This document shows positions 46,522-56,938 of a DNA stretch of 58,025 nt, in pieces. This stretch comes from a virus (taxonomy: Duplodnaviria; Heunggongvirae; Uroviricota; Caudoviricetes): IMG/VR virus record IMGVR_UViG_2859821903_000003, positions 1-58,025 of that record, one strand, 5' to 3'. The translations under genes and the position numbers were made by a program. The stretch's first letter is position 1; every line of letters begins with the position of its first letter. The notes below the pieces were generated by a model. It ran no database searches. It had not been told where the DNA came from and worked only from the letters and a program-made list of their open reading frames with translations.

Positions 46522-46881
46522 GAAAATAGCACAGAGTGTAGCATCAGAGCAGGGCTATCGGGAATATATGTCTAAATCTGGTAATATCTGGTTTTGACGC
46601 AAAGCGGACAACCACGCTGGCTCTACCCTGCGCCATGAAAATGTCAATTCACATCTGAACTAATGCTCTTTAATCTAGTAACGTCTAAAATACCTAACAT
46701 TTCCTTGATAAAATGCCAGTACACGCTGCATAGCTTCGCTCTTCCGGCACTCGCGACAGATTATGTTCATACGCCTGTCGTAGCGGCGTATTTCTCCGTC
46801 GGGTAATGTCCAGATAAGGCCCGGATCAACCACAACAGGTTTCTTTACCTTTGCCCTTGAGAGTTTTTTGCGAGCATTTTG

Positions 46882-47115
46882 CTAGTCCTTACGCGCCTGT
46901 TCAGACGGGAATAACCCGTAACCAGAGTCGTATACATCGCCACTGGCAACCAGCTCTCTGGCAAGAACGCTCATCAGATATCTTGTCGCACCTGTCTTGG
47001 CTTCCAGTTGCCGTAACGTCTCGCGCCCACTCCGGCGTACTAGCTCAACAACCTGCCCTTTAATTTTTTCCCGCTCTTCTTGTGTAAATACTTTTGCCAT
47101 AAGCGCCTCCGGCAA
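46882..47115 (-). CDS. Hypothetical small protein (77 aa)
   Basis: ORF coupled to the upstream 256 aa gene. Confidence 0.3.
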   Translation of the reverse strand: MPEALMAKVFTQEEREKIKGQVVELVRRSGRETLRQLEAKTGATRYLMSVLARELVASGDVYDSGYGLFPSEQARKD

Positions 47116-47886
47116 TCACTTTTCCGATACAACACGGCGGGAAGAATCAGTAATCTGTCGAACAATATCCCGGTGCTTGTTCAGCTCCCGCAGCGCGGCG
47201 CAGACTCGCTCCCACTTCTGAACATCACTTTTCGCCCTGCGCAGCGCCAGGTTTGCCCTGCGCAGGGACGGAAAAATCAGCTCATCTGCTTGCGTTTCGG
47301 TAAACGATGGCAACGACTGCACAATGTCCGCCACAGTTTCTGTTTTAATTTCTTCCTGTGTTGCGGCTTCCCGGCCTGGTAACGCAGCACCTGCTGGCTG
47401 AGGAAAGGCCTTACCATCACTTTCCGTTACCAGCGCGGCTTTCGGCTCTGCTGGTAAATTATCGCCCGGCATGCAGTAACGAAATTTACCGTTCTGATTA
47501 ACGCGTGCCAGCCGCCCCGTTGCGGTTACCACCGCCAGCGTGGAAGCAACCTTGCGAGTACTGACACCGAACTTACCCGCCAGTTCCTCACACGTTTTAG
47601 CCCCATCCTGACCGATAAACTCAATCATCATGTCTGCGGTAACTTTTTGTTCGACCTCCCCGGTCAGCATATCCTGTGCTTCAGATTTTACTGGCCGCTC
47701 TTCGGTTACCCGGGATTCACCTTCGCCAGCCAGAAACCAGGTGTGACCAGTTTTATCAACGACGCCATTTCTTTTGAGTTCCCACAGCTCGTTGACAGCC
47801 TCTTCACGACTGATTCCAAGGCGAGCTGCCACCACATGTGAAGAGGCTTTTTTCAGTGCTTTCAGTGCGTCAGATACGGTTTCCAT
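47116..47886 (-). CDS. Hypothetical phage protein with N-terminal HTH-like segment (256 aa)
   Basis: N-terminal LKKASSHVVAARLGISREEAVNELWELKR; lies downstream of the DnaC-like gene. Confidence 0.35.
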   Translation of the reverse strand: METVSDALKALKKASSHVVAARLGISREEAVNELWELKRNGVVDKTGHTWFLAGEGESRVTEERPVKSEAQDMLTGEVEQKVTADMMIEFIGQDGAKTCEELAGKFGVSTRKVASTLAVVTATGRLARVNQNGKFRYCMPGDNLPAEPKAALVTESDGKAFPQPAGAALPGREAATQEEIKTETVADIVQSLPSFTETQADELIFPSLRRANLALRRAKSDVQKWERVCAALRELNKHRDIVRQITDSSRRVVSEK

Positions 47887-47907
47887 TAAAATTTCCTCCG
47901 GACAAAA

Positions 47908-48498
47908 TTACTTCACAACCCTCATATTGCTGACATTTGGACGCCAGCTATCCCAGTTAAACGTCACCCATCGACCACCGTTCATGGTCATGCGGTCCAT
48001 AATCCTCTCACCAAGAAGCGTACTCATTGCGGCATGATTCAGGTTTGTTAACATCCCGACACTGCACAGTGATGCTGTCCGGCGATCAATTATCTGGTGC
48101 AATACCACCTGCTCGTTTTTCGTCTCCCGCTGAACGCCTATTTCATCCAGGACCAGCAAATCAACCCCGCAAAGCTCCTGTAAAAATTTTTCCCCGGATT
48201 TGCCGTTGTCGTAGCTGTCATGCAACACGCTCATGACGTCAGACACGGTGACGATAATCACGCTGCGCCCCTTCACCATCAGCCGGTTGCCCATCGCCGC
48301 TGCAAGGTGATTTTTCCCGGTGCCGGTTTTACCGCTGAACACAAAATTCGTGCACCCGGTCATCAGTTCGTCAGCTATGGATTTGGCCTGGCTCAGCGCG
48401 TATTTTTGCCCGTCGTTCTGCACCTGATAATTTGCAAACGAGCATTTGCTGTGCAGAGGCTGGATGCCCGAACGATTCAGGATTTTTTCCACCCGCAA
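47908..48498 (-). pseudogene. DnaC-like replication protein, N-terminally truncated next to IS629
   Basis: 196 aa aligning with the C-terminal ~200 residues of DnaC (Walker A GKTGTGKNHLAAA, LLVLDEIG); about 50 N-terminal residues missing. Confidence 0.75.
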
Positions 48499-48570
48499 CT
48501 GGCGATTCTGGCGGTTTGAACCGCCCCGGGAATCCTGGAGACTAAACTTCCTGAGAAAGAGGTAAACAGG

Positions 48571-48897
48571 ATGACTAAAAATACTCGTTTTTCCCCCGAA
48601 GTCCGTCAGAGGGCGATTCGTATGGTTCTGGAAAGTCAGGGCGAATATGACTCACAGTGGGCGGCAATTTGTTCCATTGCCCCAAAGATTGGCTGTACAC
48701 CGGAGACTCTGCGTGTCTGGGTACGCCAGCATGAGCGGGATACCGGAGGCGGTGATGGAGGGCTCACCACCGCTGAACGTCAGCGTCTGAAAGAGCTGGA
48801 GCGTGAAAATCGTGAACTGCGCCGCAGTAACGATATCCTTCGCCAGGCTTCCGCTTATTTTGCGAAGGCGGAGTTCGACCGCCTCTGGAAAAAATGA
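48571..48897 (+). CDS. IS629 OrfA
   Basis: 108 aa [31 protein letters not shown]…. Confidence 0.9.
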   Translation: MTKNTRFSPEVRQRAIRMVLESQGEYDSQWAAICSIAPKIGCTPETLRVWVRQHERDTGGGDGGLTTAERQRLKELERENRELRRSNDILRQASAYFAKAEFDRLWKK

Positions 48898-49784
48898 TGC
48901 CACTGCTGGATAAGCTGCGTGAGCAGTACGGGGTCGGACCGCTATGCAGCGAACTGCATATTGCCCCGTCAACGTATTACCACTGTCAGCAACAGCGACA
49001 TCATCCGGATAAACGCAGTGCCCGTGCGCAGCGCGATGACTGGCTGAAGAAAGAGATACTGCGCGTATACGATGGGAATCATCAGGTATACGGTGTGCGT
49101 AAAGTCTGGCGTCAGTTGTTACGGGAAGGTATCAGAGTGGCCAGATGCACTGTGGCACGTCTCATGGCGGTTATGGGACTTGCCGGTGTTCTCCGGGGTA
49201 AAAAGGTCCGTACGACCATCAGCCGGACAGCCGTTGCCGCAGGCGACCGCGTAAACCGTCAGTTCGTGGCAGAACGACCTGACCAGCTGTGGGTGGCTGA
49301 TTTTACTTACGTCAGCACATGGCAGGGCTTCGTCTATGTGGCGTTTATCATTGATGTGTTTGCCGGATACATTGTGGGGTGGCGGGTCTCATCGTCCATG
49401 GAGACGACATTCGTGCTGGATGCACTGGAGCAGGCGTTATGGGCCCGTCGACCGTCCGGCACGGTCCATCACAGTGATAAAGGTTCTCAGTATGTATCGC
49501 TGGCCTACACACAGCGGCTTAAGGAAGCCGGATTACTGGCATCAACAGGAAGTACAGGCGACTCGTATGACAACGCGATGGCGGAGAGCATCAATGGTCT
49601 TTACAAAGCGGAGGTAATACACCGTAAGAGCTGGAAAAACCGTGCAGAAGTGGAACTGGCCACACTCACGTGGGTGGACTGGTATAACAATCGACGATTG
49701 CTGGAAAGGCTGGGCCATACTCCTCCGGCAGAAGCAGAAAAAGCTTATTATGCTTCCATCGGAAACGATGATCTGGCAGCCTGA
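48894..49784 (+). CDS. IS629 OrfB transposase (DDE)
   Basis: 296 aa ORF overlapping orfA; IS3-family arrangement. Confidence 0.9.
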   Translation: MMPLLDKLREQYGVGPLCSELHIAPSTYYHCQQQRHHPDKRSARAQRDDWLKKEILRVYDGNHQVYGVRKVWRQLLREGIRVARCTVARLMAVMGLAGVLRGKKVRTTISRTAVAAGDRVNRQFVAERPDQLWVADFTYVSTWQGFVYVAFIIDVFAGYIVGWRVSSSMETTFVLDALEQALWARRPSGTVHHSDKGSQYVSLAYTQRLKEAGLLASTGSTGDSYDNAMAESINGLYKAEVIHRKSWKNRAEVELATLTWVDWYNNRRLLERLGHTPPAEAEKAYYASIGNDDLAA

Positions 49785-50045
49785 GTTCACAGATAAAACA
49801 CTCTCCAGGAAACCCGGGGCGGTTCATCCAGTTCCATTGCACGAAGTTTGGGAATAACTGCTTTCCACCGCACAACAGCCACATGTGAAATTCCAAGAGC
49901 CTCAGCTACTAGTCGCTTTTTTTTGAAATAGCGCAGAACATCATCTTTGAACATAAAACTCTCCTGTTATTTCGAGCAGAAGGGTAACAATAGTTACACA
50001 ACAATGTCAACCATAGCAACATCACTTGGTAGTAACATTGGTTAC

Positions 50046-50720
50046 ATGAAAAACACTATCAGCGAACGTATTCGGAATCGTCGAAAAGACGTTGGATTAA
50101 CCCAACAGCAGGTTGCGAAAGCAATCGGCATATCTCGTGTATCCGTAACAAAATGGGAAAATGGCTCTTCAAAACCTGACGGTGAGAATTTGTATCTACT
50201 GTCAAAATTGCTTTCCAAATCTCCTGAATGGATTCTTTATGGAAAGGACAGTCACGATAAAACCGATGATCTGCGTCTGAATCAGTACCCTTACATTAGT
50301 GACAACATCGCCCGGTTGCCCGTTTTAACGTGGGAACAGGCTGGTTATTGGGATATGAGTTGTCCAGTAACCAAGATTCCTGGTATTAATAACTGGGTTG
50401 ATGTCATGACAAAAACCGCTGAAAACTCTTTTTTATTGCATGTTGAGGGAGATGCGATGACAAACTCTAACGGCCTCCCAACCATCCCCGACGGATCTAC
50501 CGTGCTGATCACACCATGCTCAAGTAACATTAGAGAACTGGTGGGAAAAATAATCTTAATCCAATTGGAAGGAACGCCAAACGTAACACTAAAAAAAGTT
50601 GCGATTGACGGACCAAACATCTATCTGTTGTCACTGAATCCGCTTTACAAACCCATCGAACTGAATGGTGGTTACACCATTAAAGGTAAAGTTTCACAAA
50701 TACATCAATACTTAGACTGA
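50046..50720 (+). CDS. CI-like prophage repressor (HTH + S24 LexA-like peptidase domain)
   Basis: HTH LTQQQVAKAIGISRVSVTKWENG; C-terminal autocleavage-like domain; start taken at MKNTISERIRNRRK. Confidence 0.75.
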   Translation: MKNTISERIRNRRKDVGLTQQQVAKAIGISRVSVTKWENGSSKPDGENLYLLSKLLSKSPEWILYGKDSHDKTDDLRLNQYPYISDNIARLPVLTWEQAGYWDMSCPVTKIPGINNWVDVMTKTAENSFLLHVEGDAMTNSNGLPTIPDGSTVLITPCSSNIRELVGKIILIQLEGTPNVTLKKVAIDGPNIYLLSLNPLYKPIELNGGYTIKGKVSQIHQYLD

Positions 50721-50725
50721 GTCAG

Positions 50726-50750
50726 AACCCGCATTCATTGCGGGTTTTTT
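50726..50750 (+). terminator. Rho-independent terminator after the repressor gene
   Basis: AACCCGCA-TTCAT-TGCGGGTT followed by a T-run. Confidence 0.6.
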
Positions 50751-50991
50751 ATGCCCTCAAATGTACCTTTTACAACATTGTATTGACTCGAAAGGTAACT
50801 CCTATCACCTTAACAACATACCAACCCACCCCGCCCACAGAACGCAGGGAAATACTTCGAGTTACCCGGCAGTGGTCAGGGGTTAAGTAGCCAGCCCGAG
50901 GCGTAAGAACATGACGGCAGGGTTCAACTTTAATAACTATGCAGCAGGTTTTTGTTCCGCTACCCCGGCGTTAAGGGGAAATGAGGTCAGC

Positions 50992-51147
50992 ATGGATACT
51001 ATCGATCTTGGCAACAGCGAATCTCTGGTATGTGGCGTGTTCCCCAACCAGGACGGTACGTTCACCGCGATGACGTATACCAAAAGCAAAACGTTTAAAA
51101 CCGAAAATGGTGCCCGTCGCTGGCTGGAAAGAAACTCAGGTGAGTGA
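50992..51147 (+). CDS. Small prophage protein, YdaF-like (tentative)
   Basis: 51 aa MDTIDLGNSESLVCGVFPNQDGTFTAMTYTKSK…; resembles Rac YdaF from memory. Confidence 0.4.
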   Translation: MDTIDLGNSESLVCGVFPNQDGTFTAMTYTKSKTFKTENGARRWLERNSGE

Positions 51148-51148
51148 T

Positions 51149-51277
51149 ATGGATTTCGACACAATCATGGAAAAGGCTTACGAAGAATACTTCGAAGGTC
51201 TTGCCGAAGGCGAAGAAGCTCTCAGCTTCAACGAATTTAAACAGGCGCTTTCCAGTTCGGCAAAATCTAACGGCTGA
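51149..51277 (+). CDS. Small acidic prophage protein, YdaG-like (tentative)
   Basis: 42 aa ORF (MDFDTIMEKAYEEYFEGLAEGEE…) read directly from the DNA; below the ORF-track cutoff. Confidence 0.35.
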   Translation: MDFDTIMEKAYEEYFEGLAEGEEALSFNEFKQALSSSAKSNG

Positions 51278-51306
51278 TAAGCGAAACAGCACCGCGAGGA
51301 ATCAGT

Positions 51307-51525
51307 ATGCAGAAACGAGAACCCGTCATCATCGCGCCAGACTATACCGATGATGAACTTTATGAGTGGATGCACCAGAAAATTAATGCAGCGCAGGATC
51401 TGAAATGGGCCAATGAAGCCAGGGCTAAGCAGGCTGAAAATCTGTCCGCTCTGGAGCAGGATATCACTAATCTGGAAAAAGCAGCGGCATTAAGCATTGC
51501 CAGAATGATTACATACCCGCGTTAA
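51307..51525 (+). CDS. Hypothetical early-left protein (72 aa)
   Basis: ORF only. Confidence 0.3.
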   Translation: MQKREPVIIAPDYTDDELYEWMHQKINAAQDLKWANEARAKQAENLSALEQDITNLEKAAALSIARMITYPR

Positions 51526-51547
51526 TAGCTAACCAACGAGGCTAATA

Positions 51548-51922
51548 ATGGAATTTAAAGATTTACCAATGCAATTCCAGGAAATGGCAGCGAATATAGT
51601 TCGTTCCCAACTGGCGACTCTTGACCTGAGTACCGTAGAAAAAGAAACCATCGATACTATATCCGGTAACGTGCGTCGTGCCTTTATCGGTCTGTGCGAA
51701 GAGAAGCAGCTCTCTGATAACCAGGATTTACATGAAAAATACTTCCTGGAATTAATGGACATCATTAATAAAGGATTTGGCTTGTTAATGAAAAAGAAAG
51801 GGATTCGAATAGCTCCCCTTGAAAATCATTTTACAGCAAGCAGTATTAATTCCTGTGATTTAAAGCATCACACATCCGATGGGAAAGTTGAATCAAACAA
51901 CAAAAGATCAATTAATCATTAA
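51548..51922 (+). CDS. Hypothetical early-left protein (124 aa)
   Basis: ORF only. Confidence 0.35.
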   Translation: MEFKDLPMQFQEMAANIVRSQLATLDLSTVEKETIDTISGNVRRAFIGLCEEKQLSDNQDLHEKYFLELMDIINKGFGLLMKKKGIRIAPLENHFTASSINSCDLKHHTSDGKVESNNKRSINH

Positions 51923-51929
51923 TTTATTC

Positions 51930-52265
51930 ACAGGTGAGGTAGAGTGCGTGCGCCGGACACGGATAAGAATCCGGCACTGACAGTTTACTGAAAAGGATAT
52001 ATCCCTGAAAAGTCAGGGCATAACGCGAAAGCGCACGGCGAAGTTCGTCTCTCTGTAGGTAGTCGTTAAATTTAATTCGACCGTGCGCTTCCGGTTGTGG
52101 CAATCCGCGAAATGGCGCGGCGGTAAGTATGGCGGGGTTATTCCTTCCCCGCTGAGGACACTGGGTTGTCAGGTTGACCATACGCTTAAGTGACAACCCC
52201 GCTGCAACGCCCTCTGTTATCACTTTTCTGGTGATTCGGCGGAAACGGATATCCGCCCTTTTTAA
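51930..52265 (+). other. About 340 bp structured non-coding region ending in a terminator-like hairpin; candidate ncRNA or degraded locus
   Basis: Several local hairpins (51953-51974, 52001-52017, 52038-52101, 52163-52198) and GGCGGAAACGGATATCCGCC + CTTTTT at 52237-52262. Confidence 0.3.
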
Positions 52266-52572
52266 AGTGAATTTTGTGATGCGGTGAATGCGGCTATGCG
52301 CACGCGGAACAGTTAAAGCAGTAAGGCGGTATTTTACGGGCGTAACGAGCATCAACTAATCCGGCGTTAATTGTTAACTGGTTAACGTCACCTGGAGGCA
52401 CAAGGCACTGCATCACAAAATTCATTGTTGAGGACGCGATAATGGAAACGTTATTACCAAACGTTAATACGTCTGAAGGTTGTTTTGAAATTGGTGTCAC
52501 TATCAGTAACCCTGTATTTACTGAAGATGCCATTAACAAGAGAAAACACGAACGGGAGTTATTAAATAAAAT

Positions 52573-52761
52573 ATGCATTCTTTCAATGCTGGCCCGTTTA
52601 CGTCCGATACAAAAAGGATGCTGGCAATGAATACAGCATTTGCACTTATTCTGACATTTTTTCTTGTTTCCGGAGAGCCAGTTGATATTGCAGTCAGTGT
52701 TCACAGGACAATGCAGGAGTGTGTGACTGCAGCAACCGAACAGAAAATTCCCGGTAACTGA
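52573..52761 (+). pseudogene. Small hydrophobic-N-terminus protein gene truncated by IS600
   Basis: The ORF stop is supplied by the IS600 end; reading across the 3-bp AAC duplication continues …KIPGNCYPVDKVIHQDNN. Confidence 0.35.
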
Positions 52762-54022
52762 GGTGTACTGGCAATAGCGGACACTACCATTTGTTCTTTT
52801 TTTAAGCAGCCATCTGATGATATTTTTCCCTGAAGGCTGCCGGGGAGATATTCCCCAGACGAGAGTGACGACGCTGACGATTGTAGAAAATCTCAATGTA
52901 TTCCCGTATTACTGAGATGGCTTCATCCCGGTTATTAAAACGATAGTGGCTCAGGCTCTCATTTTTCAGCGTTCCCCAGAAGCTTTCCATCGGAGCGTTG
53001 TCGTAACAGTGACCTTTACGCGACATTGATGTTTTCAGACCAGACTGCTCCTGTATGACCCGGTAATCGTATGCGCAGTACTGTGAACCTCGATCAGAGT
53101 GGTGGATTAGCCCGGCAGGTGGGCGCTGGCTCCTGAGCGCCATAAACAGGACTTTACCTGTCAGCTCTTTTGTCATGCGCTCTCCCATGGCGTAGCCGAC
53201 AATTTCGCACGTATAAACATCTTTGATGCCAGCGAGGTACAACCATCCCTCCTGTGTGGCAACATACGTCAGGTCCGCCACCCAGACCTGATTTGGTGCT
53301 GTAGGAGCGAACGTCTGGTTCAGCAGATTTGGCGCAACTGGCAGATTGTGGTTCGGGTTCGTAGTCGCTCTGAACTTGCGTTTCTGCTTACAGCGTAGCC
53401 TTAGCTCCTTACGAAGACGTGCCAGTCTGTCACGACCAACGATGATGCCATTCTCTGCCAGCTCCGTCTGGAGCCGCCGGGTTCCATATGTTTCGCGAGT
53501 GCGGATATGTGCCACCTTAATCTCCAGTTTTAGCCGCTCATCACTTTGTTTTCTGTCTGAGGGTTCATGCTGTACCCAGTTGTAATAACCGCTCCTGGAT
53601 ACACCAAATACCTGACACATCGCTTCAATGGGAAATTGTTGTCGCCATTGTTCGATTAACGCGTATTTTTCAGCGACTCCTGTGCAAAATACGCTGTTGC
53701 TTTTTTTAATATATTTCGCTCAAGGCGAGCTTCATTTAACGCCTTACGCAGTTGCAGAATTTCAGATTCCAGTTCAGCCACCGTGCGGGAACCAGGAGTA
53801 CCGAGCCCTTTTCTGGCGGCGGTAACCCATTGTCCTAAAGTGCCTTCAGGAAGGGATAATCGGGAAGCGCCTTCACTGATCGAAAGTTGATTTTCAAGAA
53901 CCGTTCTGACAGCTTCGGCTTTGAACTCTTTAGAGTAACGTTGGTTTTTTCTGCTCATTATTAGCTCCTTCTGATGCCATTCTATTTCAGAAAGGAGTGT
54001 CCGTTAAACTCAGGCTACCTCA
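52759..54022 (-). mobile_element. IS600 copy 2 (1264 bp), intact, 3-bp AAC target duplication
   Basis: Complete ends; orfA 53656-53958 and orfB 52802-53620 (272 aa) on the minus strand. Confidence 0.9.
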
Positions 54023-54177
54023 AACTGTTACCCGGTCGATAAAGTTATTCACCAGGATAATAACTAAATCCCGGCAGGTCTTTAAAACAGTTCCGTAATA
54101 AACATCCGATTTCATTCTTATATGCCAGAAATGGCAGGGATTTGTTCACCCTTAAATCTGTAATGAGGTAAAACAAA

Positions 54178-54600
54178 ATGAGTAAAGTCTTTATTTGCGC
54201 CGCCATTCCGGACGAACAGGCAATAAAGGAAGAAGGTGCAGTCGCTGTAGCCACTGCCATTGAAGCCGGTGATGAACGTCGCGCCCGCGCAAAATTTCAC
54301 TGGCAATTCCTGGAACATTATCCGGCTGCTCAGGACTGCGCTTATAAATTTATTGTCTGTGAGGATAAACCCGGCATACCCCGCCCTGCCCTCGATTCCT
54401 GGGATGCTGAATATATGCAGGAAAACCGCTGGGATGAGGCGTCTGCTTCCTTTGTCCCGGTTGAGACTGAATCAGATCCGATGAACGTCACTTTTGACAA
54501 GCTGGCCCTGAAGCACAGAACGCTGATATGGTTATTAGCGCACAGGAATTGTTGCAGGAAGACATGGCAACATTCGACGGACATATCGTTGAAGCGTTGA
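54178..54600 (+). CDS. Hypothetical early-left protein; 3' end overlaps the next ORF in another frame
   Basis: 140 aa ORF; the last ~25 codons look out of frame. Confidence 0.3.
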   Translation: MSKVFICAAIPDEQAIKEEGAVAVATAIEAGDERRARAKFHWQFLEHYPAAQDCAYKFIVCEDKPGIPRPALDSWDAEYMQENRWDEASASFVPVETESDPMNVTFDKLALKHRTLIWLLAHRNCCRKTWQHSTDISLKR

Positions 54601-55661
54601 TGAAAATGCCAGAAGTTAACGCCATGTATCCGGAGCTTAAGCTGCATGCCATCGGGTGGGTTAAGCATAAATGTAAGCCTAGTGCCAAATGGCCCGAAAT
54701 TCAGGCAGAGATGCGCATCTGGAAAAAACGTCGCGAAGGTGAACGCAAGGAAACCGGAAAATACACATCTGTTGTTGATCTCGCCCGCGCCAGAACCAAT
54801 CAACAGCACAGTGAAAATTCAACAGGAAAAATCAGCCCGGTCATTGCTGCCATTCATCGCGAATACAAGCAGACATGGAAAACACTGGATGACGAACTGG
54901 CCTACGCTCTCTGGCCTGGTGATGTGGATGCCGGAAACATTGACGGCAGCATCCATCGCTGGGCAAAAAATGAAGTTATCGACAACGACCGCGAAGACTG
55001 GAAGCGTATCTCGGCATCAATGCGCAAACAGCCTGATGCCCTTCGCTACGACCGCCAGACTATTTTTGGCCTTGTCCGTGAACGTCCGATCGACATTCAC
55101 AAAGACCCTGTGGCACTGAACAAATACATTACTGAATACCTGACTACAAAGGGCGTGTTTGAAGATGAAGGAAGAAATCAGAGCGCAACTGATACTCTCT
55201 CGTCGCCAGTACCAGAAACTGATGCAGTGGAAACGGCAATTCCGGACAACGAAAAAACCGAATGCAAAGTGGAAGTCGAACCATCTGTAGAGCGTGAGGG
55301 GCCGTTCTACTTCCTCTTCACCGACAAGGATGGCGAAAAATACGGTCGCGCAAACAAACTTTCTGGTCTGGAAAAAGCACTAGCCTTGGGAGCTACGGAA
55401 ATCACAAAAGAGGAATACTTCGCACGTAAAAACGGCACGTACTCAGGTTCACAACAAAATATTGGTGCATCTGACACGACCGCACAACCAGAGCCGGTAA
55501 AAGTTACCGCTGACGAAGTAAACAAAATTATGCAGGCAGCCAATATCAGCCAGCCTGACGCCGATAAGTTGCTTGCTGCCTCTCGCGGAGAATTTGTTGC
55601 AGGGATTAGCGACCCGAATGATCCGAAATGGGTTAAGGGATCCAGACCCGCGATTCTGTAA
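54528..55661 (+). CDS. Hypothetical acidic early-left protein (377 aa)
   Basis: Long ORF with plausible codon usage; no motif recognised. Confidence 0.4.
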   Translation: MVISAQELLQEDMATFDGHIVEALMKMPEVNAMYPELKLHAIGWVKHKCKPSAKWPEIQAEMRIWKKRREGERKETGKYTSVVDLARARTNQQHSENSTGKISPVIAAIHREYKQTWKTLDDELAYALWPGDVDAGNIDGSIHRWAKNEVIDNDREDWKRISASMRKQPDALRYDRQTIFGLVRERPIDIHKDPVALNKYITEYLTTKGVFEDEGRNQSATDTLSSPVPETDAVETAIPDNEKTECKVEVEPSVEREGPFYFLFTDKDGEKYGRANKLSGLEKALALGATEITKEEYFARKNGTYSGSQQNIGASDTTAQPEPVKVTADEVNKIMQAANISQPDADKLLAASRGEFVAGISDPNDPKWVKGSRPAIL

Positions 55662-55759
55662 ACCAGAACCAGCATGAATCGGAACGGAACTACCAAAAAG
55701 CAGAACAAAACAGCCCAAATGCGTTACAAAACGAGCCAGAAACGAAACAGCCTGAACCA

Positions 55760-55984
55760 GTGGCGCAACAGGAAGTGGAAAAAGTCTGCACCGCCTGCGG
55801 TCAGACCGGCGGCGGCAACTGCCCTGATTGTGGCGCGGTGATGGGCGACGCAACATACCAGGAAACATTCGATGAAGAGTATCAGGTTGAAGTTCAGGAA
55901 GATGATCCGGAGGAAATGGAAGGCGCTGAACATCCACACAAGGAGAACACTGGCGGCAATCAGCATCACGATAGCGATAATTAA
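55760..55984 (+). CDS. Small zinc-ribbon-like protein with acidic tail
   Basis: [16 protein letters not shown] pattern followed by an acidic C-terminus. Confidence 0.35.
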   Translation: MAQQEVEKVCTACGQTGGGNCPDCGAVMGDATYQETFDEEYQVEVQEDDPEEMEGAEHPHKENTGGNQHHDSDN

Positions 55985-56014
55985 ACTGGCGAGACGGCAG
56001 ATCACTCAATTAAG

Positions 56015-56607
56015 GTGAATGGTCATCAAGAAATCACATCCACCAGCAGGACGTGTGACCATCTAATGATCGACCTTGAAACCATGGGAAAAAATCCTGA
56101 TGCCCCGATCATCTCAATAGGTGCAATATTTTTCGATCCGCAAACCGGAGATATGGGACCGGAATTTAGTAAGACTATCGTTCTGGAAACTGCTGGCGGG
56201 GTCATTGATCGGGACACCATTAAATGGTGGCTTAAGCAATCACGCGAAGCGCAATCTGCCATTATGACCGATGAAATCCCGTTAGATGATGCACTGTTAC
56301 AATTGCGGGAATTTATCGACGAAAACTCCGGTGAATTTTTTGTTCAGGTCTGGGGAAATGGAGCCAACTTCGACAACACGATTTTGCGCCGTTCATACGA
56401 ACGGCAGGGATCCCCTGCCCGTGGCGTTACTACAACGATCGCGATGTACGCACAATCGTTGAGCTGGGGAAAGCCATAGACTTCGATGCCAGAACTGCTA
56501 TCCCATTCGAAGGTGAGCGCCATAATGCACTTGATGACGCCCGTTACCAGGCAAAATACGTTTCAGTTATCTGGCAAAAACTGATCCCGAGTCAGGCTGA
56601 TTTTTAA
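56015..56607 (+). pseudogene. DEDDh-family 3'-5' exonuclease, frameshifted near 56405
   Basis: Exo I-like motif MIDLETMG in ORF 56015-56479; conserved HNALDDARYQAKY continues in the +1 frame to the stop at 56605-56607. Confidence 0.6.
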
Positions 56608-56659
56608 TGTTCAACCGTCGCCAGTTATCGTTGATATTCTGCAACTGGCGCGTTCCGGA

Positions 56660-56938
56660 GTGATAGCCATGAGCGAACAGTACCTGATAACGCTCGACGA
56701 GTGGAAACCAAAACGGTTCAGTCTCCCAATAACAAACACTACCCTGGTGAAATACGGAAAACTAGGATACATCGTTCCAAGACCACAAAAAATTCGTGGG
56801 CGTTGGCTGATAGATCGCCGAGCAGTATTTGTTGGGCCTGGTGAAACAGGAATTGCGCCGGAAATTCATACTGCCGATGATGATGCACTGAAGGAGATTT
56901 TAACTCATGTCACCGAGGCCACGAAAAAACAGCACTGA
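56660..56938 (+). CDS. xis: Excisionase-like protein
   Basis: 92 aa ORF immediately upstream of and overlapping int. Confidence 0.5.
   Translation: MIAMSEQYLITLDEWKPKRFSLPITNTTLVKYGKLGYIVPRPQKIRGRWLIDRRAVFVGPGETGIAPEIHTADDDALKEILTHVTEATKKQH

Larger units (their letters stand above)
48517..49826 (+). mobile_element. IS629 copy 3 (1310 bp), intact, no target duplication
   Basis: Complete ends; orfA 48571-48897 and orfB 48894-49784 (296 aa) both open; flanks do not match. Confidence 0.9.

Noticed and set aside
51924-52355. 143 aa minus-strand ORF
   Set aside because: A plus-strand terminator hairpin lies inside it and no motif is recognisable; kept only as a low-probability alternative to the ncRNA reading.
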